Shown: piece after piece, positions 9,968-20,395 of the stretch
How positions within the stretch are numbered: position 1 is the first letter of the stretch
Layout of the letters: each line of letters starts with the position of its first letter
Virus record (IMG/VR): IMGVR_UViG_3300047095_000752
Location: 181,226 to 245,225 of that record
Length of the DNA stretch: 64,000 bases
Strand: one strand, 5' to 3'
Translations under genes and position numbers: made by a program
Notes under the pieces: model-generated
What the model was told of the DNA's origin: nothing
Seen by the model: only the letters and a program-made list of their open reading frames with translations
Databases searched by the model: none

Positions 9968-10310
9968 CGTTTATAGGGGAAGTCTCATCCGGATATAATA
10001 TATTCTCAGCTATGCAAAAATAATCTATTAAATCACCACCACACACAGAACATACCACTTTATGATAACCCTGACCATTGCCATGCATAATATGTTTATG
10101 GTTTACAGGAGCTTTACACTCAATACAATAATCCAAATGCTTACCGTCTTCTTTCCAATATTTCTTTAACTCTTCAAGTTGAGCTTGATATGGTATTAAT
10201 TGTTCAATTAAGGCGATTAGATCTCTTATCTGATGTTGAGTATGTGGTGGAGCGGAATATAAATTATTATTAATTTCATTTATTCTATTCTTGATATCAT
10301 TCACTTCCAT
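9951..10310 (-). CDS. hypothetical protein with Zn ribbon
   Basis: CIEC...CSVC. Confidence 0.55.
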   Translation of the reverse strand: MEVNDIKNRINEINNNLYSAPPHTQHQIRDLIALIEQLIPYQAQLEELKKYWKEDGKHLDYCIECKAPVNHKHIMHGNGQGYHKVVCSVCGGDLIDYFCIAENILYPDETSPINENTPV

Positions 10311-10533
10311 CGTCTATATCCTTATCTTGAATATTATCTTTTTTAATTTCAAGTTTTTCGTCAGCATCATCTACTCCCATATTAATTGCAATTCCCCATA
10401 TAATAAATCCAACAATTCCGATGACATACCATAATTCGTTTTCGTTTCCCATTTAATTTCCTTTACGACCTATCTATTATTAGACAAAATGCTATAACCC
10501 AAATCAAAACTATACAAAATAAGTAAGTTGAAG

Positions 10534-10866
10534 TCATGGGAGTTTTGTACCGTTTATATAAATTGTATTGTTTGATCCTGTTATATGAATTTCTTGATGA
10601 AATGGTAAATTAGATTGTGAAGTTGGGATGGTGGTTGGATCTGGATTTATATTTATATCAATAGTTTGATTTGGTGGGATGGTGTAGGGTACAACAGGAG
10701 TTGTAGATTCGATTTGTATTACATCCGGTTCAGTTTCAATTTCATTGAAGGTCATGCAAACTCCGATGAACAATATTATACACCCAATTGATATACCCAA
10801 TAAAAAGTAATAATCAACAATATCCATATTCTTTATTTTTTCTTTAACTTGGTCTAAATTAAACAT
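10534..10866 (-). CDS. single-pass membrane protein
   Basis: hydrophobic stretch YYFLLGISIGCIILFIGVCM, Pro/Thr-rich tail. Confidence 0.6.
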   Translation of the reverse strand: MFNLDQVKEKIKNMDIVDYYFLLGISIGCIILFIGVCMTFNEIETEPDVIQIESTTPVVPYTIPPNQTIDININPDPTTIPTSQSNLPFHQEIHITGSNNTIYINGTKLP

Positions 10867-11043
10867 TCAACTTCCCTCTACAGTTTAGTTTCACCATTTA
10901 ATGCGCGTAATCTTTTATCTACACTGTATCTAAGTTCTTTTACTTCTCGCTCTAGTCGTTCTTCTTTAGTCTCTCCATACTCGTCTCGATCCACGGCTGC
11001 ATCCGCCACTTGTTCGGCTAATACCAACCTACGCAGTAACCGA

Positions 11044-11388
11044 TTATACTTCTTTCGACTTATCCATACCATCAAGCTTTTCCTTTAAGTGGTTTAGAGT
11101 TTGACCTAAATCCTCAATATATTCTTCTAATAATTCTATTCTGTGTTCGTCTGATATTGCTTGTCGTTGATATTTTGCCATCTCTTCATAATAGTTTAGA
11201 TTTAATTCAGATGGGATATAGTAAGGTGGGTTAATTCTAGGCGCAGACACTAAACGATCATTTAAACGCTTTTGTTCTACCTGCTCAATATTCTCCAACA
11301 ACTTTATATCTTCAGCAGACAACAAATCATATATAGTTTTAGTATTTGGATCGTTATGATACATGAAAGTCCCTCGTCTGACTGCCAT
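11044..11388 (-). CDS. hypothetical coiled-coil protein
   Basis: 114-aa ORF, coupled. Confidence 0.5.
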   Translation of the reverse strand: MAVRRGTFMYHNDPNTKTIYDLLSAEDIKLLENIEQVEQKRLNDRLVSAPRINPPYYIPSELNLNYYEEMAKYQRQAISDEHRIELLEEYIEDLGQTLNHLKEKLDGMDKSKEV

Positions 11389-11957
11389 TATTTTTGTTTA
11401 TTAAGACGATCTTCACAGATGCACCGAATAGATTTAGTATTAGCCTCAACTTGATTTATAAGGTGAGTTGTGCTGTATTGATTATAAAAAGGTAAAAATA
11501 AAGGCGTTATGTTATATTCCTTAAAAATATTCTTTTCATTTTGCGTCATAGATTCGTAACTGTACTGATCTGATTTAATAAAATAATCTGGACGTATCGC
11601 CTTAAGAACACCATCAATAACAGGCGCATCGAAAATAGTCACATAATCAACATAAGAAAGACTAGCTAAAAAGAAGGCGCGGTCGTCTTGATTTAGGATA
11701 GGTCTACTCTCACCTTTTAGAATCTTAACTGATATATCTGAGTTCAACGCAATAATAACAGTATCAATAAAAGATCCATCAACTTCAAAGTATTTGGCTC
11801 GGGAGATCAGATCCAAGTGACCGGGATGCGTAAGATCGAAGCAACCACCGAGCATGGCTACCTTGTGATCCGGATTTGTATTTTTAAGATTCTTTAGTAT
11901 TTCATCTGGGGATTTAACTTTTTCGATAAGAATATCATTTTTAGTTTGATTGTACAT
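11388..11957 (-). CDS. RfaE/HldE domain II-like nucleotidyltransferase (ADP-heptose synthase / cytidylyltransferase family)
   Basis: GCFDLTHPGH (HxGH), ALNSDISVKILKGESRPI, VDYVTIFD, IRPDYFIK, YSTT. Confidence 0.88.
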   Translation of the reverse strand: MYNQTKNDILIEKVKSPDEILKNLKNTNPDHKVAMLGGCFDLTHPGHLDLISRAKYFEVDGSFIDTVIIALNSDISVKILKGESRPILNQDDRAFFLASLSYVDYVTIFDAPVIDGVLKAIRPDYFIKSDQYSYESMTQNEKNIFKEYNITPLFLPFYNQYSTTHLINQVEANTKSIRCICEDRLNKQK

Positions 11958-11962
11958 TTATA

Positions 11963-12484
11963 TTATCCTTTATAGTTCCATGATTTATTGTGTACTACAT
12001 CGTATATACACGTATCCGAAACATTGTACTTAGCCGCCAATTCTCTTAGGCTGTATTCTTTATTCGAATATTGATATCGAATTTCTTCAGCCTTTTCATA
12101 ATTTAATTTCCGCTTTTTATATCCAATTTGAGGAACCATAAGTCCAGTTTCATAAGCATGATTTATATTTTCTTTTTGTGTCACCCATTCTAGATTGTCG
12201 ACGTTATTATCAGTCTTTACACCATTAATGTGATTGACTTGAGCGCCCTCGAAATAAGTATCCGATTTAAATGCTCTAATAACAAGCTGATGCACACAAT
12301 ATGTTTTTGATTTTTTATCTTTAGTTAAATCTAATTTTTTATAGCCATATGTATTTAAATTAGGTTTTAGAATTGTGCCTAGACCTTTAGATCCAGTACC
12401 GGTATGAAAACTCTTTATATTACCTAAATTACTAACTTGATATTTATTATCAAAATCTTCTATAGCTACCCAAATCTCTTCCAT
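11963..12484 (-). CDS. NUMOD4-HNH homing endonuclease
   Basis: EEIWVAIEDF..YQVSNLGNIKS; VNHINGVKTDNNVDNLEW. Confidence 0.92.
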   Translation of the reverse strand: MEEIWVAIEDFDNKYQVSNLGNIKSFHTGTGSKGLGTILKPNLNTYGYKKLDLTKDKKSKTYCVHQLVIRAFKSDTYFEGAQVNHINGVKTDNNVDNLEWVTQKENINHAYETGLMVPQIGYKKRKLNYEKAEEIRYQYSNKEYSLRELAAKYNVSDTCIYDVVHNKSWNYKG

Positions 12485-12485
12485 A

Positions 12486-13433
12486 TTATCCTTTATTCTT
12501 CAGCCATTGATAGATCTTACCGGGAATGTATGTCGCAATATCGATGTGGTCCATTGGCGTTGGAGAACTTATATAATTTGAGATCTTAAATTGACCTTGA
12601 ACACCAAAACAATTTTCAGATCCATAGACTCGGTTACATAAATGTAGCGGACCCGACAAAACACCAACACAATACTTAGATTTTTTCACAACATCCAGAA
12701 GTAAATCGGGGTGCATAGGTTTATTACGGATTGAATACTTCTCATCGATAAAAGATGGTAGCGGAACTTTACTAAACACGATATTCGACGAACTGTTGAT
12801 ATGCACATCAAACGGCTGATATCCAGCATCTACGATTTCTTTCCAAATTGCGGCTTGAATATTTTCATTTGGGATCTTGATCGATTTGTCCGTATGCCCG
12901 GCGAAGTGATAAACAACTTGCTTGGAATCTTTGTTATCGAGATCGAAATTAAATGTATGAGTCTTTAATTTTACATTATCCCAACCAATTTCAACAAAAG
13001 CACACATTTCATTTTTAGATCTGTTTATGATTTGATCTGGTTTGGTTGATGGGTGTCTAAAATCGCAGTACCGGATATTGGCTATAATTTTATACTTCTT
13101 AGAAAGTTCTTTCATATTGTAACGGAAGAATACATTATCAACTCCCTGTACAATACTAGATCCGTACGGGATAACAAATTCTTTATTAAGGTCTGAAATT
13201 TTAATAATATCAGGGTGTAAATTTGTATAGTCGAGAGATGGGTGGTGACCAATGTTGAAAGTCCATTTTGGATATGCTTCTTTTAAAGTTACATATAGAT
13301 CCAGAAATTCAACAATGTCACCAATGCCGTGGTCAAAGATCAACAGGACTTTACCCGGACTGTATGTATCTAAGTAATGAACTAATTTATTTTTTGAGTT
13401 TGCAATTAAATTTTCTAATTGAATCGATTTCAT
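12486..13433 (-). CDS. GT9-like (heptosyltransferase-fold) glycosyltransferase
   Basis: HGIGDIV N-terminal motif; VGVLSGPLHL (cf. DSGPxH); next to HldE-like gene. Confidence 0.65.
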   Translation of the reverse strand: MKSIQLENLIANSKNKLVHYLDTYSPGKVLLIFDHGIGDIVEFLDLYVTLKEAYPKWTFNIGHHPSLDYTNLHPDIIKISDLNKEFVIPYGSSIVQGVDNVFFRYNMKELSKKYKIIANIRYCDFRHPSTKPDQIINRSKNEMCAFVEIGWDNVKLKTHTFNFDLDNKDSKQVVYHFAGHTDKSIKIPNENIQAAIWKEIVDAGYQPFDVHINSSSNIVFSKVPLPSFIDEKYSIRNKPMHPDLLLDVVKKSKYCVGVLSGPLHLCNRVYGSENCFGVQGQFKISNYISSPTPMDHIDIATYIPGKIYQWLKNKG

Positions 13434-13528
13434 GTTATACTCCTTGTATCTATATTATAATATAACCGACTAAATGTATACAAGAAAAAACTACCCGACT
13501 CAGATTAGAGCCGGGTAGTATATTTTGG

Positions 13529-14803
13529 TTATCCGAGAATCTCGCCGATGAGATCCTTGGATATTAACGAATCCATGATGGCTTCGTTAAGGTTCGACTG
13601 TACAGTCGGGTTGAGTACACCCGCCCGCTGCAGAAGCTTAGCCGCCGCCTCAATACAATGAATTCTGTCTACAAGGCTTCCGGATTCCTCACTGGACAGA
13701 ATCTGGTACACTCGGTCGGCGAGTGTATTTTCTTGTTTCGTGCGGGTGGTATGAGTCGGCGTTCTGAGAACCGGTTCTTGGGAAACCGACTCTACAACCG
13801 ACTTTGTCGTGGGCATCTCGGGAGCCGGGTGAGGAAATCCCTTTTCCTTGTTGATGATCTCGATTGCCCGTTGCACCCGCAGGGCATTGGTCTCATCATT
13901 TGGTGAGAACTTAATCTCACCACTCGTGAGACTCCTCGGGCTGATCGCAGCCACCTCTCTCATGTTGGTCAGCCACCGACCTTTACCCCGGTGAGCGATC
14001 CCCTTGTCGCAGCCACTTGTAAACGCCATGTAATTAATGGCAGCAACCGTGGCTGTCCCGATTGAACCAACCTTGATGGAATCTCCCACCTTCGCCGCCT
14101 TCAGCAATCTTACAGACTCATCCACAAGGCTGTCACAGACAACCTTGCGCTTCATACCGTGCCTCGCGGCGCGGCGTTCCTCTATCATAACCACGTTTTC
14201 TTCTCCCTTCACTTCACCCAATATCTTTGGTGTATCAGCTTCCGCTGCAACCATATCCGGTATTTCAATTTCAACCGGTTCAGCGCCAACAGCGATATCT
14301 TTAATCTCATGTCCCTCAACATCGACAAGCGAATGGGAGGGGGTTAATACCACATGGATTGGCTTCTCCACCTTTTCAAGTTCCGCAGCGGAATTACCAC
14401 TCCAGATGTCCTTGATGTACGTATTCGAAGACTCCCCACACTCCAGTTTCAATATCTTCACCGCCGCCGCCGCCCGTGAACTGTTCGTGTCCACAAACGG
14501 TGAAAACCTGATGCGGCGCTTCTCGATATTGGTTATATCGATTGCGATCAGGTCTGCCCGCGTCAGGGACTCGCCTTGACGGTGAGCTTTAATACCAACC
14601 GAGCCACCGAGGCAAAAAGCAGCCCAATTGATATTACACACCAACTGGAAGCTCTCCTTTGTCGCCATGTTGAATTTCACGGTCGACCCCGGTCCTTTAC
14701 CTCCAGATTTTAGTTCTTCAACAATCGCTATAACAGTAGCATCATCGAAGAACTTCGGTCTTGTAGGACCGATTGAAACGGTCCTCATCTTCATATCAAT
14801 CAT
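13529..14803 (-). CDS. GC-rich orphan protein with two internally similar domains
   Basis: GAAGGAG RBS; INWAAF..GG..GIKAHRQG..LT / INYMAF..G..KGIAHRGKG..LT and I(R/K)FSP repeats; own promoter motif and terminator. Confidence 0.7.
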   Translation of the reverse strand: MIDMKMRTVSIGPTRPKFFDDATVIAIVEELKSGGKGPGSTVKFNMATKESFQLVCNINWAAFCLGGSVGIKAHRQGESLTRADLIAIDITNIEKRRIRFSPFVDTNSSRAAAAVKILKLECGESSNTYIKDIWSGNSAAELEKVEKPIHVVLTPSHSLVDVEGHEIKDIAVGAEPVEIEIPDMVAAEADTPKILGEVKGEENVVMIEERRAARHGMKRKVVCDSLVDESVRLLKAAKVGDSIKVGSIGTATVAAINYMAFTSGCDKGIAHRGKGRWLTNMREVAAISPRSLTSGEIKFSPNDETNALRVQRAIEIINKEKGFPHPAPEMPTTKSVVESVSQEPVLRTPTHTTRTKQENTLADRVYQILSSEESGSLVDRIHCIEAAAKLLQRAGVLNPTVQSNLNEAIMDSLISKDLIGEILG

Positions 14804-14857
14804 ACCATCTTTCACTCCTTCCACGAGTTAGTTGAAAACCACAATTAAGTTTGGATT

Positions 14858-14877
14858 CAATAATTAATATATATAGT
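14858..14877 (-). promoter_or_regulatory. phage promoter class A (AYTATATATAT-N7-YG)
   Basis: ACTATATATAT TAATTAT TG upstream of the GC-rich gene. Confidence 0.7.
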
Positions 14878-15002
14878 CTATATTTATAAGGGAAATTTTT
14901 TGTCAAATCGATTGGATCTTTTAGCAAAAGAGTGGTACAATGATGGTATCTATACAAACCATATAGACGGTTGTATTGGCAAAGTTTAGAATTCAAATTT
15001 TA

Positions 15003-15015
15003 AGACAAATGATTA
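15003..15015 (+). promoter_or_regulatory. phage promoter class B variant (AGACAAAT)
   Basis: GACA-N6-TA upstream of nrdJ. Confidence 0.4.
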
Positions 15016-15045
15016 TCATACAAAAAACACAGGAGTTTAATTTTT

Positions 15046-17031
15046 ATGAGTCGTGACGAAATGAATGAATGGATCTTCCCAATTAAAGAACGCTTTAAAC
15101 TAAGTGAAAAGTTTCTAGAAGATTTCATAGATAAAGAACCGAATTGGGGTCCACTGGGTAAATTAACATACAAGAGAACATATGCTGCCCGTGTAGAGGG
15201 CGAAGATCGCACCGAAGAATGGTTTGAAACCGTAAAGCGAGTCGTAGAGACATGTTACACGATTCAATTAAATCATTGTAAAAATTTAAGACTCCCTTGG
15301 AAAGCACATACAGCACAAAAGTCCGCCCAAGAAATGTATACTCGGATGTTTACTTTTAAGTTTATTCCTCCGGGGCGCGGACTTGCTAATATGGGTGATG
15401 TTATTTTTAAACGTGGATCTATGGGGTTATTCAATTGCTCTGCGGTATCCACTAACAGCACAAATTTCTCAGATCCATACGTTTTCATGATGGACGTTTC
15501 AATGTGTGGAGTGGGATGTGGATTTGATACAGAAGGATCCGGTAAATTCAAATTCGTAACACCAAAAACAACAGATAAGCCACATATAGTGGAAGACTCT
15601 CGTGAAGGGTGGTGTGAGATCCTCCGAGTTGTTCTTGAATCATATGTTGGTAAAGAACACTTACCTACTAATATTGATTATTCTCAGATCCGAAAGATTG
15701 GATCTCCTATCGTAACATCTGGCGGCACTGCTCCCGGTCCAGAACCTTTAATTAATTGTATAAATAAAATTCAAGAAATAATGAATAAACGAATTGACTA
15801 TGATATTTCATCTAGTGATATTGTTGATCTTATGAATATTATTGGAGTGTGTGTTGTAGCTGGCGGGAAAAGGCGCACAGCCCAGATAGCCTTTGGACAT
15901 TACAACGATCAAGAATATATTTCATTGAAGGATCCGGATCTGCACCAAGAAGAATTAATGACCCACCGTTGGGCGTCAAATAATAGCATCTATGCTCAAG
16001 ATGGAATGGATTACACCAATATTATTAATACAATTAAAAAGTCTGGCGAACCCGGAATTCTTTATAAACATCGTATGCAAAATTATGGTCGTTTGAAAGA
16101 TGGGTATCAAGAAGGCATTGATGGTAAGGCTACACTGCTTAATCCATGCGGTGAAATTTCGCTGGAGAGTGAAGAACTCTGCAATATAGCGGATGTCTTC
16201 CCGGCGCACCATAGTTCCTTCGAAGATTTTAAACGTAGTCTCAAATTTGCATTTCTATATTGCAAGTCGGTCACGCTCGTACCTACACATTTAACCACAA
16301 CAAATTCGAAAATCCTAAAGAACCGCAGAATTGGAATCTCTCAGTCTGGGATCGTGCAAGCAATCCAAAAGCACGGTACAACCGAATACTTCCGTTGGTG
16401 CGATGAAGGATATCAATACCTCAAAAACTTGGATAAAAAATATTCAGACTGGCTATGTATCCAGAAAAGCATTAAGATTAGCACGGTTAAGCCGAGCGGA
16501 ACGACATCACTTCTGTGTGGGTCTACGCCGGGGATTCATTTTGAACACTCCGAATATTATATCCGTCGAATTCGGATTGAAGAAACCAACGAACAATTGA
16601 TTCAATCGGTTAAAGATGCTGGCTATAAGTGGGAAGTATCCGCTTATGGTGATCGTTCCATAGTATTTGAAATACCCGTCAAGGCTGAGAACTTCTATAA
16701 AGGGAAGTCGGACGTTTCGGTTTGGGAACAAATGCAACTTGGATCTAAGATTCAATCAATTTGGGCGGATAATAGCGTTTCACAGACAGTGCACTTTACC
16801 AAAGACGAATCCCTCTATCTTAAAAATGTAATTGAAATGTACGAAGATCAGTTGAAGACCGTATCATTTCTACCCCTGTCGGATCACGGATATATACAAG
16901 CACCGTATGAGTCAATAACCAAGGATCAGTACGAAGAAATGAGCAAGAATATAATCGCAATAAACTTTAAGTTTAAGAATACACAAGACACCATCGAGAA
17001 ATTCTGTGATGGTGATAAGTGTATGATCTAA
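15046..17031 (+). CDS. nrdJ: class II (adenosylcobalamin-dependent) ribonucleotide reductase, monomeric RTPR type
   Basis: TYKRTY, PPGRGL, FNC, NPCGEI, RRIG, VKPSGT, C-terminal CDGDKC. Confidence 0.93.
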   Translation: MSRDEMNEWIFPIKERFKLSEKFLEDFIDKEPNWGPLGKLTYKRTYAARVEGEDRTEEWFETVKRVVETCYTIQLNHCKNLRLPWKAHTAQKSAQEMYTRMFTFKFIPPGRGLANMGDVIFKRGSMGLFNCSAVSTNSTNFSDPYVFMMDVSMCGVGCGFDTEGSGKFKFVTPKTTDKPHIVEDSREGWCEILRVVLESYVGKEHLPTNIDYSQIRKIGSPIVTSGGTAPGPEPLINCINKIQEIMNKRIDYDISSSDIVDLMNIIGVCVVAGGKRRTAQIAFGHYNDQEYISLKDPDLHQEELMTHRWASNNSIYAQDGMDYTNIINTIKKSGEPGILYKHRMQNYGRLKDGYQEGIDGKATLLNPCGEISLESEELCNIADVFPAHHSSFEDFKRSLKFAFLYCKSVTLVPTHLTTTNSKILKNRRIGISQSGIVQAIQKHGTTEYFRWCDEGYQYLKNLDKKYSDWLCIQKSIKISTVKPSGTTSLLCGSTPGIHFEHSEYYIRRIRIEETNEQLIQSVKDAGYKWEVSAYGDRSIVFEIPVKAENFYKGKSDVSVWEQMQLGSKIQSIWADNSVSQTVHFTKDESLYLKNVIEMYEDQLKTVSFLPLSDHGYIQAPYESITKDQYEEMSKNIIAINFKFKNTQDTIEKFCDGDKCMI

Positions 17032-17762
17032 CAAGAGTTAAACGAAATCCTTCGAAAGGGTTTAAAATGATATCAGATATTAACAACTGTCCAGAAGTTT
17101 ATTACCCAGAAAAAAATATATTTACGGGTATAATTGAAAATATATTTAATCAAATTGGAACCACCAATAAATATTACGTCGAATTTGGATTTACTGATGT
17201 TGATGAACTATATGATAATACAACATTTCTAAAAAGGCATCATGGTTGGAATGGCTTGTGGATGGATGTAAGTCCGAATACAAAGTATAATAAAAAGAAA
17301 AATCCAGCCGTAAAAATCCATAAAATAACTGCAGAAAATATTAATGATTTATTTGAGTTATATAATGTTCCTGAAATATTCGATTTGCTAATCATTGATG
17401 TTGATTTTAATGACTTATGGATTTGGAAAGCATTAAATGAAAAATATAAACCAAGAATGTTAATGATCGAATACAATTTATTCGTACCACCCGGAGAAAG
17501 TAAAGTTGTTGCGTACGACCCCGACTTTGTTATAACTACGTATGACCAATATTTTGGCGGAAGTTTTGACGCATTATTAAAATTATCAAAAGAAAAAAAT
17601 TATCAATTAATTGGATGTTCGGATGCAAATATGTTATTCGTACCAAATGATTTAGTGGATGGTAACTTTATAATACCAGATGACATATATACTTTATATA
17701 TCCCACCAAATCCAAATAAACACACACACCCAAAATCAAATATGACCATGATAGACTACTAA
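17019..17762 (+). CDS. FkbM-like SAM-dependent methyltransferase
   Basis: YYVEFG, GWNGLWMD, ITAENIN, FDLLIIDVDFNDLWIW, PRMLMIEYN. Confidence 0.8.
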   Translation: MYDLTRVKRNPSKGFKMISDINNCPEVYYPEKNIFTGIIENIFNQIGTTNKYYVEFGFTDVDELYDNTTFLKRHHGWNGLWMDVSPNTKYNKKKNPAVKIHKITAENINDLFELYNVPEIFDLLIIDVDFNDLWIWKALNEKYKPRMLMIEYNLFVPPGESKVVAYDPDFVITTYDQYFGGSFDALLKLSKEKNYQLIGCSDANMLFVPNDLVDGNFIIPDDIYTLYIPPNPNKHTHPKSNMTMIDY

Positions 17763-17775
17763 AAATCAATAAAAC

Positions 17776-17812
17776 GAACGCCAGACCATATAAATTGGTT
17801 TGGCGTTCTTTT
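17776..17812 (+). terminator. intrinsic terminator
   Basis: GAACGCCAGACCA/TGGTTTGGCGTTC followed by T-run. Confidence 0.7.
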
Positions 17813-17893
17813 TATCGGTATCGTTTGCATATATCCTTCATGTATGGTACACTTCATATACAATACTCACCACAACACAACGGGACCCAACCA

Positions 17894-18748
17894 ATGAGTT
17901 TTTTTCGTTACCCCGGCGGCAAGTCGAAGCTAAGAACCAAAATTGTATCTAAATTAAATGATATGGCTGGAGACTTAGATTTGGAGTACCGGGAACCTTT
18001 CTTTGGGGGTGGTAGTATAGGACTACAATACCTAGAAAAATCAAAAAATAATAAAGTGTGGATTAATGATTTAGACTTGGGTATTTATTGTCTATGGGTG
18101 TCAGTGTTTAGATATCCAGAGAAACTTAAAGAGAATGTTTTAAAATTTACTCCAACCGTAGATGCATTTTACTCATTCAAAAACGATTTAACTAGAGACT
18201 GTAAATTAATTGATATTGATACTGTTGTAAATTTTGGATTCAAAAAACTAGCGATACATCAAATATCATACTCTGGATTGGGTACAAAATCAGGTGGACC
18301 ATTAGGTGGGCAATCCCAACTTTCAGATTATAAGATTGACTGCCGATGGTCACCTAAATATATTTGTAAAAAAATAGATAAACTTAATAAACAGTTTAAA
18401 AGATATAGTTTAAGATTTTCAGGAGTAGATTTTTCCGAAGTTATACTGGAAGATACTAAGGATGCTATTATTTATCTAGATCCACCATATTTTGTAAAGG
18501 GCAATGATTTATATCAGCACGGATTCAACACTGAAGATCATATACGCCTAGCAAATTGTTTAAAGAATACAAAACATAAATGGTTATTGTCGTATGATGA
18601 TTGTGATGAAATACGAGATTTATATAGCTGGGCAACCATAGAAGAACTTGATGGTGTGAGTTATAGTATAACAGCACTTAAAGATAAAGACTCGGGTAAA
18701 AGAACTAGCAGACAAAAAACCGAATTATTAATATCGGCGGGTTATTAA
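17894..18748 (+). CDS. DNA adenine methyltransferase (Dam/D12 class)
   Basis: RYPGGKS, EPFFGGGS, IND, YLDPPY, WLLSYDD; likely start ATG 17894. Confidence 0.9.
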   Translation: MSFFRYPGGKSKLRTKIVSKLNDMAGDLDLEYREPFFGGGSIGLQYLEKSKNNKVWINDLDLGIYCLWVSVFRYPEKLKENVLKFTPTVDAFYSFKNDLTRDCKLIDIDTVVNFGFKKLAIHQISYSGLGTKSGGPLGGQSQLSDYKIDCRWSPKYICKKIDKLNKQFKRYSLRFSGVDFSEVILEDTKDAIIYLDPPYFVKGNDLYQHGFNTEDHIRLANCLKNTKHKWLLSYDDCDEIRDLYSWATIEELDGVSYSITALKDKDSGKRTSRQKTELLISAGY

Positions 18749-18749
18749 A

Positions 18750-19424
18750 ATGGATTTGTTAGAACAAATAAAAACAGAAGTTTTGATATATGATTGTACA
18801 TTTAAATTAGCAGAAGAGACACATAAAAAATCTTTGGATAAAATTATTTGTTTTTCTAATGCAATGAATTCAAAAGGTCAATCTAAAATACACTATGAAA
18901 ATGAACGAAATGCTGTAAATGCATTAAACAATATTAGAGTCGGTAAATATGGTGAATTAGCAGTTGCTGTATTTTTATATAAAAATGGATATCCAAAAAT
19001 AGTACCTGATATGACGGTTAGATATGGTGCGAGTAAAGGGTGGGATTGTGATCTACCATATAAAGAATTAGACCCCACTCTCCCGGATATACATGTAAAA
19101 ACATGCGACGTAAATACAACTAAGTATTTAAAATCAAATGGCAGGACAGACAATTATTCTTGGACATTTCAATTTGGTAATAAATCAGGCAAGGGTGGTA
19201 AAGATATTCTATTTACAACTCCGGATAGCACCGAAGTTATTTTTTTGTCTGTAGTATCAAATATAAATAACCCTAACGTTACAGTTTACGCTTCTGGTCC
19301 TTGGTGTAAGTTATATCCGATATTAAAAGATCCAATGTTAGATTATTTAATAGGATTTAAAAAATGTATATATTCAAATGATTTATTAGATATTGCTAAG
19401 ACTGTTAAATTAGAAATAAATTAA
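18750..19424 (+). CDS. putative PD-(D/E)XK nuclease coupled to the MTase
   Basis: GKYGE helix...PD...WDCDL...IHVKT; starts 1 nt after the MTase stop. Confidence 0.5.
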   Translation: MDLLEQIKTEVLIYDCTFKLAEETHKKSLDKIICFSNAMNSKGQSKIHYENERNAVNALNNIRVGKYGELAVAVFLYKNGYPKIVPDMTVRYGASKGWDCDLPYKELDPTLPDIHVKTCDVNTTKYLKSNGRTDNYSWTFQFGNKSGKGGKDILFTTPDSTEVIFLSVVSNINNPNVTVYASGPWCKLYPILKDPMLDYLIGFKKCIYSNDLLDIAKTVKLEIN

Positions 19425-19426
19425 AC

Positions 19427-19469
19427 AAAAAATCACCGTCCCTTAAATATTGGAGGCGGTGATTTTTTT
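19427..19469. terminator. bidirectional intrinsic terminator
   Basis: AAAAAATCACCGTC/GGCGGTGATTTTTTT between convergent genes. Confidence 0.75.
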
Positions 19470-19475
19470 GGGACA

Positions 19476-19772
19476 TCAAGTACATCCGACCCCCTGCGCC
19501 GGGATCTTATGGTCACCCGCCCGTAGGGTCGACCACCGCCCCTCTCCCTCCGGCCACTTCCATTCGCAGAACCCCGCCACCAACTCGAAGATGGATCCGT
19601 CTTCGAACTTGGCGGAAACATCACCCTTGTTTCCGCCACTCTCCACGAATTGTTTACAGTCTCCTTTTATGGAGGTAACCCGCTGATTAAACTCCGGGTT
19701 GGAGTTGAACTTCGTCTCAACTAATTTCATAGCCAAGACGTAGTCCCTTCCGAATGTTGATGATGTCCACAT
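19476..19772 (-). CDS. GC-rich orphan protein
   Basis: AAAGGG RBS, class A promoter upstream, terminator downstream. Confidence 0.65.
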   Translation of the reverse strand: MWTSSTFGRDYVLAMKLVETKFNSNPEFNQRVTSIKGDCKQFVESGGNKGDVSAKFEDGSIFELVAGFCEWKWPEGEGRWSTLRAGDHKIPAQGVGCT

Positions 19773-19842
19773 GTTATATCCCTTTTATGTGAAACTTTGA
19801 TATCCCCATCAAGTCACACAGAAGTTATGGGAATATAATTTA

Positions 19843-19862
19843 CAATTATTAATATATATAAT
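19843..19862 (-). promoter_or_regulatory. phage promoter class A
   Basis: ATTATATATAT TAATAAT TG. Confidence 0.7.
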
Positions 19863-19866
19863 TAAA

Positions 19867-20199
19867 TTAAAATACACAATTATGAATTCTATCCGCTTTT
19901 ACTTTATCCCCGACGATGTAGTAAAAGTTTTTTTGCTTTAACGCATTCGCGAATTTGTGTAGGCAGATGTGAACGGCACCTTCAATCCGTATCCCGGAAT
20001 TGAGATCTACTCGGGTACCGTCATTTAATTTCATGACCATCTTATCATCCGTCTTATCACGTAATGTTACTGTATATCCGTTGGACGAATCAAGCTCAAT
20101 ATTGGACCCGTACACCCATATGATCTCCCCTATCGAAGGAAGTATTTTTCCACCGATGGTGATATCACGCCCCGTAACATTAACTAACATTGGTACCAT
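19867..20199 (-). CDS. hypothetical protein
   Basis: AAGGAGG RBS before ATG 20199. Confidence 0.6.
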   Translation of the reverse strand: MVPMLVNVTGRDITIGGKILPSIGEIIWVYGSNIELDSSNGYTVTLRDKTDDKMVMKLNDGTRVDLNSGIRIEGAVHICLHKFANALKQKNFYYIVGDKVKADRIHNCVF

Positions 20200-20211
20200 A
20201 AAACCTCCTTG

Positions 20212-20250
20212 AAAAAGAAAAACCGGCGCTCCCCACAATGAGGAGCGCCG
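20212..20250 (-). terminator. intrinsic terminator
   Basis: CGGCGCTCC/GGAGCGCCG stem followed by T-run on the minus strand. Confidence 0.75.
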
Positions 20251-20256
20251 AACCTG

Positions 20257-20340
20257 TTACGCGAAGAAGTCGTTGCCATTCGACTTCTTCTTGAAGAGTT
20301 TGTTGAAAATATTAATGATATAATCAATTACCCCAGCCAT
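20257..20340 (-). CDS. 27-aa amphipathic peptide MAGVIDYIINIFNKLFKKKSNGNDFFA
   Basis: own class A promoter, AAAGGG RBS and terminator; below the ORF-track cutoff. Confidence 0.65.
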   Translation of the reverse strand: MAGVIDYIINIFNKLFKKKSNGNDFFA

Positions 20341-20395
20341 ACCGTTACCCTTTCGATGTTTAATGTTGTATTATAGAATATACATACTCTATCTT

